Shown one piece after another: positions 1 through 10,136 of a stretch of 64,000 bases of DNA. The stretch's first letter is position 1, and the number at the start of each line of letters is the position of its first letter. The stretch lies in NCBI GenBank assembly GCA_016207245.1, contig JACQQA010000009.1, forward strand, positions 9,165-73,164, in the 5' to 3' direction. The position numbers and the translations under genes were made by a program. Origin of the DNA: Candidatus Magasanikiibacteriota bacterium (GTDB taxonomy: Bacteria > Patescibacteriota > Patescibacteriia > Magasanikbacterales > UBA922). Below the pieces are notes generated by a model. That model was not told the origin of the DNA, did not search any database, and was given only the letters and a program-made list of their open reading frames with translations.

Positions 1-412
1 CGTAGAATCTTGAACCGATATAAAACTGAACAATACCCGCAAGTATTGTTTGAATTAGTTTGCTTTGATAAGACTCGTCGCGCAAAATCATGCTCAAAAT
101 CGCGACTGGAATTGTCAAAACCAAACTGAAAATAAACTGATTTCTTTCTTTTTTAATCGCTTGCTCGTGCTGGCTCTGGTGTTCGTCCACTGTTTCCTCA
201 TCAGCTATCTGCGCGCCATAGCCGGCGCCCTTGACTGTTTTAATGATTTTTTCGCTATCGCAAGAATCACAGTCGTATTCCACTGTCGCTTTTTCCGTGG
301 CTGAATTCACCTGCGCGCTTTTTACGCCCGGTAATTTATTTAATTTGCTCTCAATCATCAAGGCGCAGGAAGCGCAATGCATGCCGGTAATATTAAATTG
401 TTCTTTTTTCAT
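1..412 (-). CDS. copA: Heavy-metal (Cu+-type) P-type ATPase, N-terminal part only; the gene runs off the window start
   Basis: Own minus-strand translation from ATG at 412: MKKEQFNITGMHCASCALMIESKLNKLPGVKSAQV...ATVEYD. This is an HMA domain with a GMxCxxC motif followed by a TM segment. It is absent from the ORF track because no stop lies in the window. Confidence 0.85.
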   Translation of the reverse strand, partial: MKKEQFNITGMHCASCALMIESKLNKLPGVKSAQVNSATEKATVEYDCDSCDSEKIIKTVKGAGYGAQIADEETVDEHQSQHEQAIKKERNQFIFSLVLTIPVAILSMILRDESYQSKLIQTILAGIVQFYIGSRFY

Positions 413-423
413 AGGTCGCACAC

Positions 424-473
424 TGTCATCCCGAGCGACACCGAGCTCGCGCGAGAGGGAGCCGAGGGATCCC
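424..473. repeat. GC-rich hairpin element (TGTCATCCCG family) in the copA leader
   Basis: tgtcatcccgagcg...cgagggatccc is an imperfect GC-rich inverted repeat in AT-rich intergenic DNA. The same TGTCATCCC start recurs at 53332 inside holA. Confidence 0.4.
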
Positions 474-567
474 TTTTAAAACAAAATAAACGCATTAAAA
501 TAATTTTCTTTCAAGAATAAATAATAATATTAAAAAGGGATTCCTCACCCATTTGGGGGGTTCGGAA

Positions 568-933
568 TTATTGAACGACGAGCTTCCCCTGATACATCCC
601 CATGTCGCAAGTAAATTTATATTCTCCGGCTTTGGGAGTGAATTCTACCGGCACAATTTGATCGCGTGGCAATTCTTTGCGGATATTCAAGGCGTCAAAC
701 ACCACGAAACGCGAACATTCAGTATCTTCTTGACGCAAAAAATTTATCCGCACCGGCCGACCGGCTTTGGCTTTAATCACGCTCGGTGAATAAACGCCTT
801 TTACTTTAATCTCAAATTCCTGCGTCCCGCCGGTTTCTTTGGCGCTGGCGCCGGTTTGTTTCTTGGTCCAATAAAGCCAAGCGAGGAACAAGCCGATGAT
901 TAGTAAAATTAGAACGCTGCCGATGATTTGCAT
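568..933 (-). CDS. Membrane-anchored cupredoxin-like domain protein
   Basis: N-terminal TM helix, then FEIKVKG...YKFTCDMGMYQGKLVV (C-x-M-x-M end typical of Cupredoxin_1-type proteins). Adjacent to copA. Confidence 0.7.
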   Translation of the reverse strand: MQIIGSVLILLIIGLFLAWLYWTKKQTGASAKETGGTQEFEIKVKGVYSPSVIKAKAGRPVRINFLRQEDTECSRFVVFDALNIRKELPRDQIVPVEFTPKAGEYKFTCDMGMYQGKLVVQ

Positions 934-942
934 ACAATTTAA

Positions 943-1611
943 TTAATACTTAATAGCTTTGGCGATAAAAAATGTGCCAAAATTTAAATTTTTAATTTCT
1001 AAATTGCCGAATATGGCTCTAATTTTTTCCGGAATATTTTTAGACGGATCCCAGGCCGCCAAGCGCGAGTAAATTAATTTTACCAAAGGATTTAAAAAAC
1101 GCAAACCGCCGTCAAACAAACGCGCGTCGCACACTACCAATGTTCCGCCCGGCTTTAATGCCTCATAACACCTTTGCAAAGCGCTTTCCCAGCCCGGAAT
1201 GGCGCTAATTCCCAACACGCTGATGATTGCGTCAAAATTGCTCTCGCCGATTTTCAACTCGGCCGCGTCGCCTTGCAGCAATTTCACGCTGTTCCACTCT
1301 TTTTGTCTGCATAACTTTTTCGCCGCGTCAAGCATCTTTTGGCTATAATCAAAACCGAACAATTTGCCTTCCGGGCCAATCGCTTGCATTATAAAAGAAA
1401 AATTCCGGCCTGAACCGCAAGCCACCTCCAGCACCCTATCTCCCAGCCGCAAATTCAATCGCTTGACCGCCAACCCGCGGATAAACTTCGGCCGGCCCAT
1501 AAAAGTAAAATAATCCTGCCACGCGTAAAGCCAGGGAAGCCGACCCCAAAACGAATAAACTGTTTTTACTTTATTCAATTGTCTGTCTGTATTTTTATCT
1601 TTAACTGGCAT
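943..1611 (-). CDS. Class I SAM-dependent methyltransferase
   Basis: VLEVACGSGRN glycine-rich SAM motif and UbiE/COQ5-like layout. Confidence 0.85.
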   Translation of the reverse strand: MPVKDKNTDRQLNKVKTVYSFWGRLPWLYAWQDYFTFMGRPKFIRGLAVKRLNLRLGDRVLEVACGSGRNFSFIMQAIGPEGKLFGFDYSQKMLDAAKKLCRQKEWNSVKLLQGDAAELKIGESNFDAIISVLGISAIPGWESALQRCYEALKPGGTLVVCDARLFDGGLRFLNPLVKLIYSRLAAWDPSKNIPEKIRAIFGNLEIKNLNFGTFFIAKAIKY

Positions 1612-1655
1612 AAAAACAAACGGAGCAGAGGGACGCCTGCTCCGTCCGATTAAAA

Positions 1656-1937
1656 TTACTTATGTTCGCACTCTACTCCGCTTTTGAGGCAACAGCCGAC
1701 CAAAAACCACAAACCCAGTCCGATATAAGCGTAGATATAGCTTTGGATTAAACCGAGAACAAAACTGACAAAATTCATGCCGGAAAAACCAAAGAAAGCC
1801 ATCTGGAACAATTTAACGCGCAATTCCGCGTCCACCGGACGAAAATAATGAACCGTAAAACAAAGAATAAACAAAAGCGCCAAAAATAGACCGATGCGAT
1901 TGGCACAGCGCCAATAATTGCATTTTACGCCTTCCAT
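1656..1937 (-). CDS. Small integral membrane protein, unknown function
   Basis: 93 aa with 2-3 hydrophobic helices and Cys at both ends. Confidence 0.5.
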   Translation of the reverse strand: MEGVKCNYWRCANRIGLFLALLFILCFTVHYFRPVDAELRVKLFQMAFFGFSGMNFVSFVLGLIQSYIYAYIGLGLWFLVGCCLKSGVECEHK

Positions 1938-1979
1938 ACTTTTTCACCCCCTTTCTATGAATATAAGTTAACATTTTTT

Positions 1980-2636
1980 TCACAATTTAGCCAGCTCTCC
2001 AACCAATTGATCGTTGTGTATGGCCATGTTCGGATCATCAAAAACGTGCTGGATTATCCCTTGTTTATCAATCACTATATAAGTGTGTCCGGGCAAAGAA
2101 CCGTAGTGCATTGATGACGGTGTGGTCAACAAACCCAATCTGCTGGCTAGCGCGGCGTTCTTATCAAACCCGACCAGCGCCAATCCCAATTCCGGCATTT
2201 TGTCAATCGCCCTTTGCCAGTCTTTGGCCGGATCCACCACCACGGAAAAAATTATTTCATCATCGGTTTTCAAACGCTCATCTTTTGCCAACGCCGCGAT
2301 TTGATTCCAACAAGCCGGATAGCACATCAATCCTTCGTTGAAAAACATCGCCACTTTCTTGCCCTGTAAATCTTTCATTGTATACTCCTTGCCACTGATG
2401 TCAGTCAAAGAAAAATCCGGCATGGGTTTGCCCACCAAATCACCAAGGGCGCTCGCCGACGGCGTTGGTTGAGAACCTCCTCCGTGGTGGCCGGACATGT
2501 CGTCGCCGGCGGCCGTTGTCGCCTGTTCGCCCGACGCGGAACGGCGGGAAATCGCGGACACCAAACCGAATATGACCAGCATGATAACCGCCGTGGTAAC
2601 TACCGCCACCGCTGTGTTCCTATTGTTTTTCGTCAT
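1980..2636 (-). CDS. Membrane-anchored thioredoxin-fold redoxin (AhpC/TSA/TlpA-like)
   Basis: N-terminal TM, then PMPDFSLTDISGKEYTMKDLQGKKVAMFF and a CYPAC (CxxC) motif. Confidence 0.75.
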   Translation of the reverse strand: MTKNNRNTAVAVVTTAVIMLVIFGLVSAISRRSASGEQATTAAGDDMSGHHGGGSQPTPSASALGDLVGKPMPDFSLTDISGKEYTMKDLQGKKVAMFFNEGLMCYPACWNQIAALAKDERLKTDDEIIFSVVVDPAKDWQRAIDKMPELGLALVGFDKNAALASRLGLLTTPSSMHYGSLPGHTYIVIDKQGIIQHVFDDPNMAIHNDQLVGELAKL

Positions 2637-3498
2637 ATTGTTGTTTTTCTTTTTTAAATAAATAAAACACTTTGATAGTCAGTCCGATTAAAATCGCCAA
2701 AAAAAACAAAGCCCATGCCCATTCGGGAACAACCACTACCGCGAACTTGATGACATTGAACAGTTTTGCGGAAAAAATATTAATATCAATTTGAAAAGAC
2801 GAACGCATTTGTAATTTATTGGTGAAGGCCAAGATGACTGTCAACAAACCCATAACCACAAACATCGCGCCGGCGATAATTTCGGCGATGGTCGCGGAAA
2901 TCCGGCGGCCGAACATAGAATATTTCACCTGCTTCTTCGCGCCCGTTAGTTTGCGCATAATGTTCGTTTTGTCCAAAAAAATGGAAATGAAAAAAAGCGG
3001 CGCCACCATACCGAGAACATAGCTCAAGGTGTAAGCCGCGCCCAAAAAAATTGAACCGGGCAAGACCGCCAAAGCCAAAACACCGGCCAAAACCGGAGCG
3101 CAGCAGGTGGTCGCGATGCCGGAAAATATGCCGAGAATAAATACTGAAATAGCATGATGATTTTTCAGGGCGGGATTAACGTGAAAAGGCAAAGAATAAT
3201 GTTTTCCCATAAGCAAAACTAAACCGGAAAATAACAAAAATGCTCCGCCAACAATAAAAATCGCGTTATGATACTTGCTCAAAAGCTGGCCGAAAAACGC
3301 CGCTCCCAGGCCGAGCGGCAGAAAGACCAAGAGAATCCCCAAAAAGAAAATAAAAGTCATCAAAAAAACCGTTCTCTTTTCACGGAAAACCGAAGCCAAG
3401 TAAGATGGCAGCAAAACCGTAATGCAACATGGAGCAAACAAAGCCGCCAAACCGGCGATAAACGCCGCCACCATGGATGTGCTGACTAATAAATCCAC
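2620..3498 (-). CDS. ccdA: CcdA/DsbD-family transmembrane thiol-disulfide electron transporter
   Basis: FAPCCITVLLPSYL and TTCCAPVLAG motifs in a polytopic membrane protein. Overlaps the redoxin gene by 17 nt. Confidence 0.8.
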   Translation of the reverse strand: MDLLVSTSMVAAFIAGLAALFAPCCITVLLPSYLASVFREKRTVFLMTFIFFLGILLVFLPLGLGAAFFGQLLSKYHNAIFIVGGAFLLFSGLVLLMGKHYSLPFHVNPALKNHHAISVFILGIFSGIATTCCAPVLAGVLALAVLPGSIFLGAAYTLSYVLGMVAPLFFISIFLDKTNIMRKLTGAKKQVKYSMFGRRISATIAEIIAGAMFVVMGLLTVILAFTNKLQMRSSFQIDINIFSAKLFNVIKFAVVVVPEWAWALFFLAILIGLTIKVFYLFKKEKQQYDEKQ

Positions 3499-3503
3499 AA
3501 GGT

Positions 3504-3740
3504 TTAAACTAAATCTTTCTTTTTTTCCTCAAATTCTTTTTTGTCAATCTCGCCTTTGGCATAGCGCTCCTTCAAAACATCCAAAGCGCGGCCGGCGCTA
3601 ACGCTGTTATTGCCGCCAGTCAAAGACTTTACCAACAACACAATGCCCGCGATCACCAGCGCCCAGAAAAGAATCATAAAAATCCAGCCAAAAAACATCG
3701 TTCCGTAACCAAAATTACTTCCCCAGAAATAACTCATCAT
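3504..3740 (-). CDS. SHOCT-domain small membrane protein
   Basis: TM helix plus C-terminal [22 protein letters not shown] (SHOCT signature). Confidence 0.75.
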   Translation of the reverse strand: MMSYFWGSNFGYGTMFFGWIFMILFWALVIAGIVLLVKSLTGGNNSVSAGRALDVLKERYAKGEIDKKEFEEKKKDLV

Positions 3741-3772
3741 ATGATTTGAATTTAGAATAAATAAATAAAAAA

Positions 3773-4954
3773 TTAATGAACACGGCCAAACACCTCATCG
3801 TCTGGTCGTAAAATTTTATTTTTCAAAAAATACGCGGCAATGAGCGATGTCAAGGGCACGGCCACCACAAGCCCCATGCTCCCCACCACAGTCCGGACAA
3901 TCTCGGTGGCGATGGCTTCATTGTTTATAATTTGCGCGGCTGACAGAACGGGCGGCGAATCCAGAGAAAACAAAAGCAGGAGTGGAAGCGAAGCGCCGGC
4001 GTAAGCCAAAACCAGAGTATTTACTATGGAACTGACATGATCAACTCCGACTTTCATCGCCCGCCGATAAATTTCCCACGAACTTAACTTGGTGTTGGCC
4101 AAATAGATTTGTTCCACGACCGATGCCTGGCTAATGGTAATATCGTCAAGTACGCCCAAAGCGCCAATTATCATGCCGGCCAAGAGAATGCCTTTCATGT
4201 TAAAAACATTCTGCCCCAAACTGACCAAAAAAACCGCGCTCTCATCGCCAAAACCGGTCAAGCGAGTGAACTGAACGAACACTGACGACAAAATGCCGGT
4301 AAACACCAGGCTCAAAAAAGTCCCGGTCAAGGCTACGCTGGTTTTAGCGTTAAAGCCATGCACTAAATACAATGATATGATAAGAATAACAAAAGAACCG
4401 ATGATGCTAATAACAATCGGATCCGATCCGGCAAGAATTCTCGGTATAATAAACTTCATTAAAACCAAAAAAGTAAATCCCAAGCCGACAATCGCTTTGC
4501 CGCCCTGTCTTTTACCGACAAGCAAAATTAAGCCGAAAAAAAGCGCCAGTAAAAAATATAACCGGTTCGTGCGCGCGTAATCCGTGACGTAGAAAGTTTC
4601 CCCGCCCTCTGCATCCACGTTTCTATTCATCACTACTTTATCTCCGACCTTAAAGGCCGGCAAACCAATAATATCCGCTGTCAAATTCATGCCGTCATAG
4701 TTTATTTCTTTATTTTTCCATTCTCCTTCCAATCCTTTCAACCTCAAAACTTGCGCGGTGTATTCCTTGCCGTTTTCATCGGTTTTTTTCTGCTCGCTCA
4801 CCACCGCTGTCACTTTGGCAAAAAACGGCTTTTCCGCTGGAGCGGAGTTTTCTTCGGCAGAAACAAATTTAGGAAGCGCTAAAATCGCCAAAAATATTAA
4901 TGCCAATAAAAATGGACGATAAATAAAATTCATACGCGCTTTAATTAATGCCAA
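3773..4954 (-). CDS. YibE/F family membrane protein
   Basis: Signal/TM, extracellular N-domain, then multi-TM with [14 protein letters not shown], typical of YibE/F. Confidence 0.8.
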   Translation of the reverse strand: MALIKARMNFIYRPFLLALIFLAILALPKFVSAEENSAPAEKPFFAKVTAVVSEQKKTDENGKEYTAQVLRLKGLEGEWKNKEINYDGMNLTADIIGLPAFKVGDKVVMNRNVDAEGGETFYVTDYARTNRLYFLLALFFGLILLVGKRQGGKAIVGLGFTFLVLMKFIIPRILAGSDPIVISIIGSFVILIISLYLVHGFNAKTSVALTGTFLSLVFTGILSSVFVQFTRLTGFGDESAVFLVSLGQNVFNMKGILLAGMIIGALGVLDDITISQASVVEQIYLANTKLSSWEIYRRAMKVGVDHVSSIVNTLVLAYAGASLPLLLLFSLDSPPVLSAAQIINNEAIATEIVRTVVGSMGLVVAVPLTSLIAAYFLKNKILRPDDEVFGRVH

Positions 4955-5446
4955 CTATTCTTTGCAACAATCCAACAGCCGGCTCATTACTTCTTCTTGA
5001 CTCATTGGGATGTCGGCATCCGATGATTGGTTGTTTGGCAAGCTGACAAGCTTTAGCCGCAGACTCCAAAATAACAAATAAACTTCATAAGCTTTTTTAA
5101 ACATTGCTTCCGCTTCGCTCTTTTTGTTACTGCCCAAAAGCTTAGTCCCAACCTCAATCATCCGCATGCTGGCCGCGAGCAAATGTTTGGCCACACACCA
5201 GGTTTCGCCCTCATGCTGATCTATCATCTTGCCTAAAAGTTCTTTTCTCATTGTCCGAACCTGATTTAACAAATCAAAATACTCTTTTTTACCGGTCTTT
5301 TCCGCGGTAAAGAAAAAATGCTCTTCCAAACTTATTAGATTCATCACCGCGATGCTCAAATCTTCTTCCAACGACAAATCCATCGTTCCGCTCGCTTTTA
5401 ATTTTTCCACTTTGGCCAAAAATTCCTCCAGGCTGGGTTTAGACAT
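4955..5446 (-). CDS. Hypothetical helical cytoplasmic protein ending DCCKE
   Basis: 163-aa ORF abutting its neighbours with no gap. No motif recognised. Confidence 0.5.
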   Translation of the reverse strand: MSKPSLEEFLAKVEKLKASGTMDLSLEEDLSIAVMNLISLEEHFFFTAEKTGKKEYFDLLNQVRTMRKELLGKMIDQHEGETWCVAKHLLAASMRMIEVGTKLLGSNKKSEAEAMFKKAYEVYLLFWSLRLKLVSLPNNQSSDADIPMSQEEVMSRLLDCCKE

Positions 5447-5455
5447 AATAAAAAA

Positions 5456-6718
5456 TTAGGTGAACCAAACTAAAATCATAACACCGAGAATAAGCATAAC
5501 CGCGGCTGACAAAATCTTCATATTCCGGCTTTCATTCTGCTCCCACGCCGTTATTTTCTCCACCGCGTATTTATTCGCTGACAAAAGCAAAATAATCACG
5601 AGCGGCATGACAAACATTAAATTATACAAGAACAAATAACCGACGCCGGAAAAATAGGTGGTCTTAACAGCGAGCAAGCCGATTATTGCCACGTAAATTC
5701 CGCCGGAACACGGAAAAGTGCAGAGCCCAACGAGAAATCCGGCCACAAACGCGGCCGGCATGGTCGCCTTGGTAATCCACTGGCGCAAAGTTTCCTTGCT
5801 AAACATGGGAATGCGAAATTTTATCGGAAATTTGGGGAAAACCAGACCGACAATATTTATCACGCCCAAAACAATCACCAGCCAAGCTCCGAGCTTGGCC
5901 ATCAGGTGCGGCGAATTGGTAAAGACCAACGCTTTCATCAGACCAAAACCGATTAGAACATAAGCCAAAAAAATCGCCGCGATATAAATTACGCCCATTT
6001 TCCCGATGTTAGCTCTGGTTCTTTTGAGAGAAAAAAGAAAAGCAATAAACAAGAGCAGAACGGCAAAAGCGCAAGGATTGATGCCGTCCAAAAAACCGGA
6101 AACTAATACCACCGGCAGAAGCGATTTATATTTTTCCGCCTGTCCGCCCACCCTATCATCCAGGCTAAACTGACTTTTATTATCATTTAAATATTTGAAA
6201 TACTCGCTGACCGGCGTGTTAATCGGATAAATTTTGATTTCGCCGACAAAATTATCGGCGTAAGCGGGAATGGCAAAAATTTTATATTCCTTCGCGTCAG
6301 TGTGCATTTCATCCTGCGATACCACCACTAGTTTGAATTGGTGACTGATTTCTTCGCTGAACAAATCTTCAACTATTTTGTTTGGCACATGCCCGCCTAA
6401 AATAAACTTATTGCCCACAAAAGCCATAATATGGCTCTGCAAATCAATCGGAATTTTATATCGCGTTAAAAGTTGATTCATTTCCGCTCTCACTCCCTGC
6501 TGACTGATATAGTCCTTTTTAATAATTTCACCCACGCCGTGCTCATTCAAAAGCGCCGGCAAATCAGTATTCACGTGAACAGCGCAGGCGCCGCAGGCTT
6601 CGTTATAATAAATAACGGCCTTGGCTCCGGCCACATCGCCGTGCGCGAATGCCAAATGCAATGGCGACAAAATCGCGGTGATAATAACAGTAAAAATAAA
6701 AAACTTCTTTAATTTCAT
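5456..6718 (-). CDS. CcdA/DsbD-like membrane domain fused to an N-terminal extracytoplasmic CxxC domain
   Basis: Signal peptide, CGACAVH motif, then GINPCAFAVLLLF and CTFPCSGG motifs in TM helices. Confidence 0.7.
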   Translation of the reverse strand: MKLKKFFIFTVIITAILSPLHLAFAHGDVAGAKAVIYYNEACGACAVHVNTDLPALLNEHGVGEIIKKDYISQQGVRAEMNQLLTRYKIPIDLQSHIMAFVGNKFILGGHVPNKIVEDLFSEEISHQFKLVVVSQDEMHTDAKEYKIFAIPAYADNFVGEIKIYPINTPVSEYFKYLNDNKSQFSLDDRVGGQAEKYKSLLPVVLVSGFLDGINPCAFAVLLLFIAFLFSLKRTRANIGKMGVIYIAAIFLAYVLIGFGLMKALVFTNSPHLMAKLGAWLVIVLGVINIVGLVFPKFPIKFRIPMFSKETLRQWITKATMPAAFVAGFLVGLCTFPCSGGIYVAIIGLLAVKTTYFSGVGYLFLYNLMFVMPLVIILLLSANKYAVEKITAWEQNESRNMKILSAAVMLILGVMILVWFT

Positions 6719-7188
6719 ACTTTGGGCATGTCCGCGCAGTGGGCCTTAATTTTTTTATACTTATAAACCATATAAACCAATCCGCCAAAAGAAAACAAAA
6801 TGCTGATTAAAAAAATATAATTTTGATAGGCGGCAAAGAAAACCGCCAAACCGCTGATGCCGGCGATTGACATAACGCCGACAAAATTATGCATACAACA
6901 CGCTATCATCGCGCTGGTGGAAACCCCGCCCGACGCGGCCACGGGCTTGCCACGCCGAAGTGAAACGAAGGCGGGGCTGCTGCTAATTTTAACAACTTCT
7001 CTCATCCTCTGCCACAAACCGACCTGAATCGCGAACAAAATTATCAACGGCGAAATAAAATACCAATTCTTTTGAAAAAAATAGTACGGTCCGGACAAAC
7101 TCTGCATCCCCAGCGCCTGAACTGAATAAAAAACTAAAATAATCCCGCCAGCCCCCAGCAATCCCCAAATGTACGCGGAGCGATTCAT
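6715..7188 (-). CDS. Integral membrane protein with ACCMHN and HCADM motifs
   Basis: 157 aa, 4 predicted TM helices, Cys/His/Met clusters. 4-nt overlap with the next gene. Confidence 0.5.
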   Translation of the reverse strand: MNRSAYIWGLLGAGGIILVFYSVQALGMQSLSGPYYFFQKNWYFISPLIILFAIQVGLWQRMREVVKISSSPAFVSLRRGKPVAASGGVSTSAMIACCMHNFVGVMSIAGISGLAVFFAAYQNYIFLISILFSFGGLVYMVYKYKKIKAHCADMPKV

Positions 7189-7189
7189 A

Positions 7190-7678
7190 TCATTTTATAT
7201 CAAATTCAAACTGCAAATCGCTTTTTAATCCCACCAACAGCCTGCCGTATAATTCTCCCGGAAAAACTAGACTGACTTCCAAATGATGCCCGCCTTGCTG
7301 CGCTACAGGCGAGGCAGGCCCGCCGACTTGATCGCCTTCTATGTTATAACCATCCGGCTGAACGCCGTTTAAACTGGAAAAATCTTTGACGGCAAAATCC
7401 GCCAGATTATAAACATGATTATCCATCGCCAGTTTTATTATAGTTCGATTATTTTCACGCTTCACTTCTTCAACCGCGACTTGAATCCCGTCTTTTTCCA
7501 CCGTCAACTGATCCGGCGATTGGCTGCCCTGCTCAGGCGAATTCGAACTCGATTCTACCGACCCATTGGTCTGCGGCTTGGTCCCAGCCCGCGTATAAAC
7601 GAACGCGCCAATTATAAACATCGTCACTATTATCGCTAAAATAACTAAATTTTTCTTCATATGGATTTGGGTTGACAA
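7190..7678 (-). CDS. Membrane-anchored extracytoplasmic protein, unknown function
   Basis: N-terminal TM, Ser/Gln-rich linker, then a beta-rich domain with a QQGGHH motif. Confidence 0.5.
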   Translation of the reverse strand: MSTQIHMKKNLVILAIIVTMFIIGAFVYTRAGTKPQTNGSVESSSNSPEQGSQSPDQLTVEKDGIQVAVEEVKRENNRTIIKLAMDNHVYNLADFAVKDFSSLNGVQPDGYNIEGDQVGGPASPVAQQGGHHLEVSLVFPGELYGRLLVGLKSDLQFEFDIK

Positions 7679-8199
7679 ACCAATTGTTTTTTAATATTTT
7701 CCACCAATAAATTAACAGATAATAGCAGCAGAGTCACGCTTAATGCTTTCAATTCCAAACCGTGAAACGGCAAAGAAAAAAGCGCTAACGGCGCGCCGAA
7801 CAAAGCGAACAGCGGCGCTCCGCAAGTCGGACAGCCGGCGGCGAAAAGTCCGGCGGCCATTCCGCTGACGCCGGACAATTTGTTTTTCCCGCCCGAGGCG
7901 AGTCCTCCTTTGGTGGATATTTCTTTGCTTTTAATTATCCGCCGCCTCGCTAAAAATAAAGACGAGTAGACGCCTGCCAAAACTGAAATAATTAAACTCA
8001 AAAATAGAGAAAATAAAGTGAATGGCCAGCCGCTCATCGCCGCGTAAGCGCTTAGACTTTTGCCGGTAATATTCCAAACTGTCAAAATATAAGACAAAAT
8101 AAACGTTACCGTCGCCGTCAGCAAAACTGAAACAAAATACCGCCGTCTCTTAAGTATCAAAGGAATCGTAATCAACATAATTCCTGATTCATCCCTCAT
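7657..8199 (-). CDS. Integral membrane protein with an intramembrane CPTC motif
   Basis: AAGCPTCGAPLFALFG (CxxC inside a TM helix, MerT-like style), 180 aa. Confidence 0.5.
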   Translation of the reverse strand: MRDESGIMLITIPLILKRRRYFVSVLLTATVTFILSYILTVWNITGKSLSAYAAMSGWPFTLFSLFLSLIISVLAGVYSSLFLARRRIIKSKEISTKGGLASGGKNKLSGVSGMAAGLFAAGCPTCGAPLFALFGAPLALFSLPFHGLELKALSVTLLLLSVNLLVENIKKQLVCQPKSI

Positions 8200-8723
8200 T
8201 TAGTTACATTGCCGCTAAAATTAATCGTTGACTGCGTGCCGTCTTGCCCGCCGTCATTGCTAAAAATATCAATCGTGCGAGTAATCAAACCCGTCGCGTT
8301 CGGCCCATGCGCGTTTGGATCAAAAATTATCTCCAGTTCCCCGCTCTCGCCCGGTTTGATAACTTGCGACCAGCCCGATGCGCCGCCCCCATGCCCGGGC
8401 ATGCCAAACTCCGGGCTTTGTTTTCCTCCGGCATCTAAAGTTACTTTAGTGCACATGCACGAAGTTTGCATTCGGCTGATTTTCAAATCACCATCGCCGA
8501 TGTTGGTTATTTTAACTTTTTTTTTCGCCAAACCATTGGCCATGGACACGTCGCCAAAATCAAACTTATTAATCTCCAGCGCCAATTTCGGCGTCCCCTT
8601 GCTTTCGCTCCCCGCGCTCTCGCTTTTTATCGCCCAAATTATCCCCGCGAAGCCCAAAACCAGCACCGCGACAGCAATACCTAAAAAAATTTTAATTCTC
8701 GGGTCGGTATTGTTTGTTGTCAT
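8196..8723 (-). CDS. DUF1573-like domain protein, membrane-anchored
   Basis: FDFGDV...ITNIGDGDLKI...TSCMCT pattern of DUF1573. Confidence 0.7.
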   Translation of the reverse strand: MTTNNTDPRIKIFLGIAVAVLVLGFAGIIWAIKSESAGSESKGTPKLALEINKFDFGDVSMANGLAKKKVKITNIGDGDLKISRMQTSCMCTKVTLDAGGKQSPEFGMPGHGGGASGWSQVIKPGESGELEIIFDPNAHGPNATGLITRTIDIFSNDGGQDGTQSTINFSGNVTK

Positions 8724-8733
8724 AAAAATAGAA

Positions 8734-9222
8734 TTATTTTTTAATCACTGTCGCGCTAAATTCCGCCTCAATTTCCGGATTGCCAGGCTCATCGGTGCCA
8801 ATATAAACGACCCGCTTAATTTCCCCCACATCAGTATCATCTTTGTGAACAGCCGGATCAAATGTAACTTCTATTTTCACCACCTGCCCGGGAGCGACTT
8901 CTTTATCTTTTTCATCCATAACCGCTTTGGTGCAACCGCAAGAGGTGGAAAGCCTCAAAATTTTAACTGATATGTCGCTGACATTTTTAACTTGCAAAGT
9001 ATATTTACCGATTTCGCCGTAAATCACGGTACCCAAATTATAATCTTGCGGTTCAACTACCAATGAAGACGCGGCGGATGGTTGCTGATTATTTTGCGCG
9101 ACCGGCAACGGCTCTGGCAAAGCAGTCTGATAATTATAAACTGCCGCGCCGGCTATCACCAGCAAAATCACGGCTAAAAAAATTAAAACGGTATTTTTAT
9201 TATTCATAATATCAACAGCCAC
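8734..9222 (-). CDS. DUF1573-like domain protein, membrane-anchored
   Basis: YNLGTV...VKNVSD...LSTSCGCTKAV pattern. Paralog of the previous gene. Confidence 0.7.
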   Translation of the reverse strand: MAVDIMNNKNTVLIFLAVILLVIAGAAVYNYQTALPEPLPVAQNNQQPSAASSLVVEPQDYNLGTVIYGEIGKYTLQVKNVSDISVKILRLSTSCGCTKAVMDEKDKEVAPGQVVKIEVTFDPAVHKDDTDVGEIKRVVYIGTDEPGNPEIEAEFSATVIKK

Positions 9223-9228
9223 TCACAA

Positions 9229-10080
9229 TTACTGCGAGGCAGACGTGGTTGCCTCTGGTTTCACTACCATTCCTGTCATCATATTTTTATACGCGCCCAT
9301 CTGCTTCACGCCTTCGCGGAAAACATAGGCGCCGTCTTTTTCTATCGTGCCGACTTTAGACCAGATATTGACCAGACCGCCATAAACATCTACCTCGCCC
9401 TTTAACACAAATGTTGGCATCATTTTGATGTTATATTTATTTTTCATCATCATTCCTTCGCCGCTGGCGATTGATAATACTTTGATATTCTCCGTTGGAA
9501 TGCCAAAACCGCCGCCCAAAATCTGCTTATGCCCCATTACATCATAGCACTCGCCGCAAGAATCGTCGGTCAGAAAAAACACTTCCACTTCGCCTTTTGT
9601 CTTTCCAGTGGCGACTTCAACATACGGCGCGCCGGTTTGGCGTAAAACAAAATTGCCGTCAATTGTCTCTCCAATTCCGGGCCACGCATTTTTTAATTTA
9701 ACATTTTTATTTATCTCTCCGCTTAAAATTACGGTTGGAATTTTTTCAATTTTATATTTCTCCACCAGCGCTTTTCCTTCATCGCTTTTCCAATCAACAT
9801 TTTTTTGTTCAACAAATTTAACGTTCTCTTTCTTCACCGCCGCCAAAAAACCGTCTAATTTAAAACAATCGGTGCAATCAAGCGCGTCCACTAGGGTGGC
9901 TTTAAACTCCGCCGGCCGCACCGCCTCCGCCGCTTCGGCCACTTTCTTGCCGACAAAAGCATTAGTCTTAAAAGAGATCACCAAACCGACCACCAAGGCG
10001 AGAATTAATACGCCGCCAAAAATGTAAAACAGTTTGGAGTCAAGATGAATTGTGTTTTTTGATTGTGGCGCCTCATCCAT
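9229..10080 (-). CDS. Membrane-anchored protein with two thioredoxin-like CxxC domains
   Basis: CTDC...KIPTVIL and CGEC...MMPTFVL. Each is a CxxC followed by a cis-Pro-like motif of the Trx fold. Confidence 0.6.
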   Translation of the reverse strand: MDEAPQSKNTIHLDSKLFYIFGGVLILALVVGLVISFKTNAFVGKKVAEAAEAVRPAEFKATLVDALDCTDCFKLDGFLAAVKKENVKFVEQKNVDWKSDEGKALVEKYKIEKIPTVILSGEINKNVKLKNAWPGIGETIDGNFVLRQTGAPYVEVATGKTKGEVEVFFLTDDSCGECYDVMGHKQILGGGFGIPTENIKVLSIASGEGMMMKNKYNIKMMPTFVLKGEVDVYGGLVNIWSKVGTIEKDGAYVFREGVKQMGAYKNMMTGMVVKPEATTSASQ

Positions 10081-10136
10081 ATAAAATAGAGGTTATTCGT
10101 TTGTTAGTTGTTAATTGTTCATTGTTAATTTACCAA

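Noticed and set aside
8209-8970. 253-aa plus-strand ORF, along with 8244-8438 and 8466-8684.
   Set aside because: It is antisense shadow across two DUF1573 genes and the spacer between them. The sequence is low-complexity Pro/Ser/Phe-rich, with no start context.
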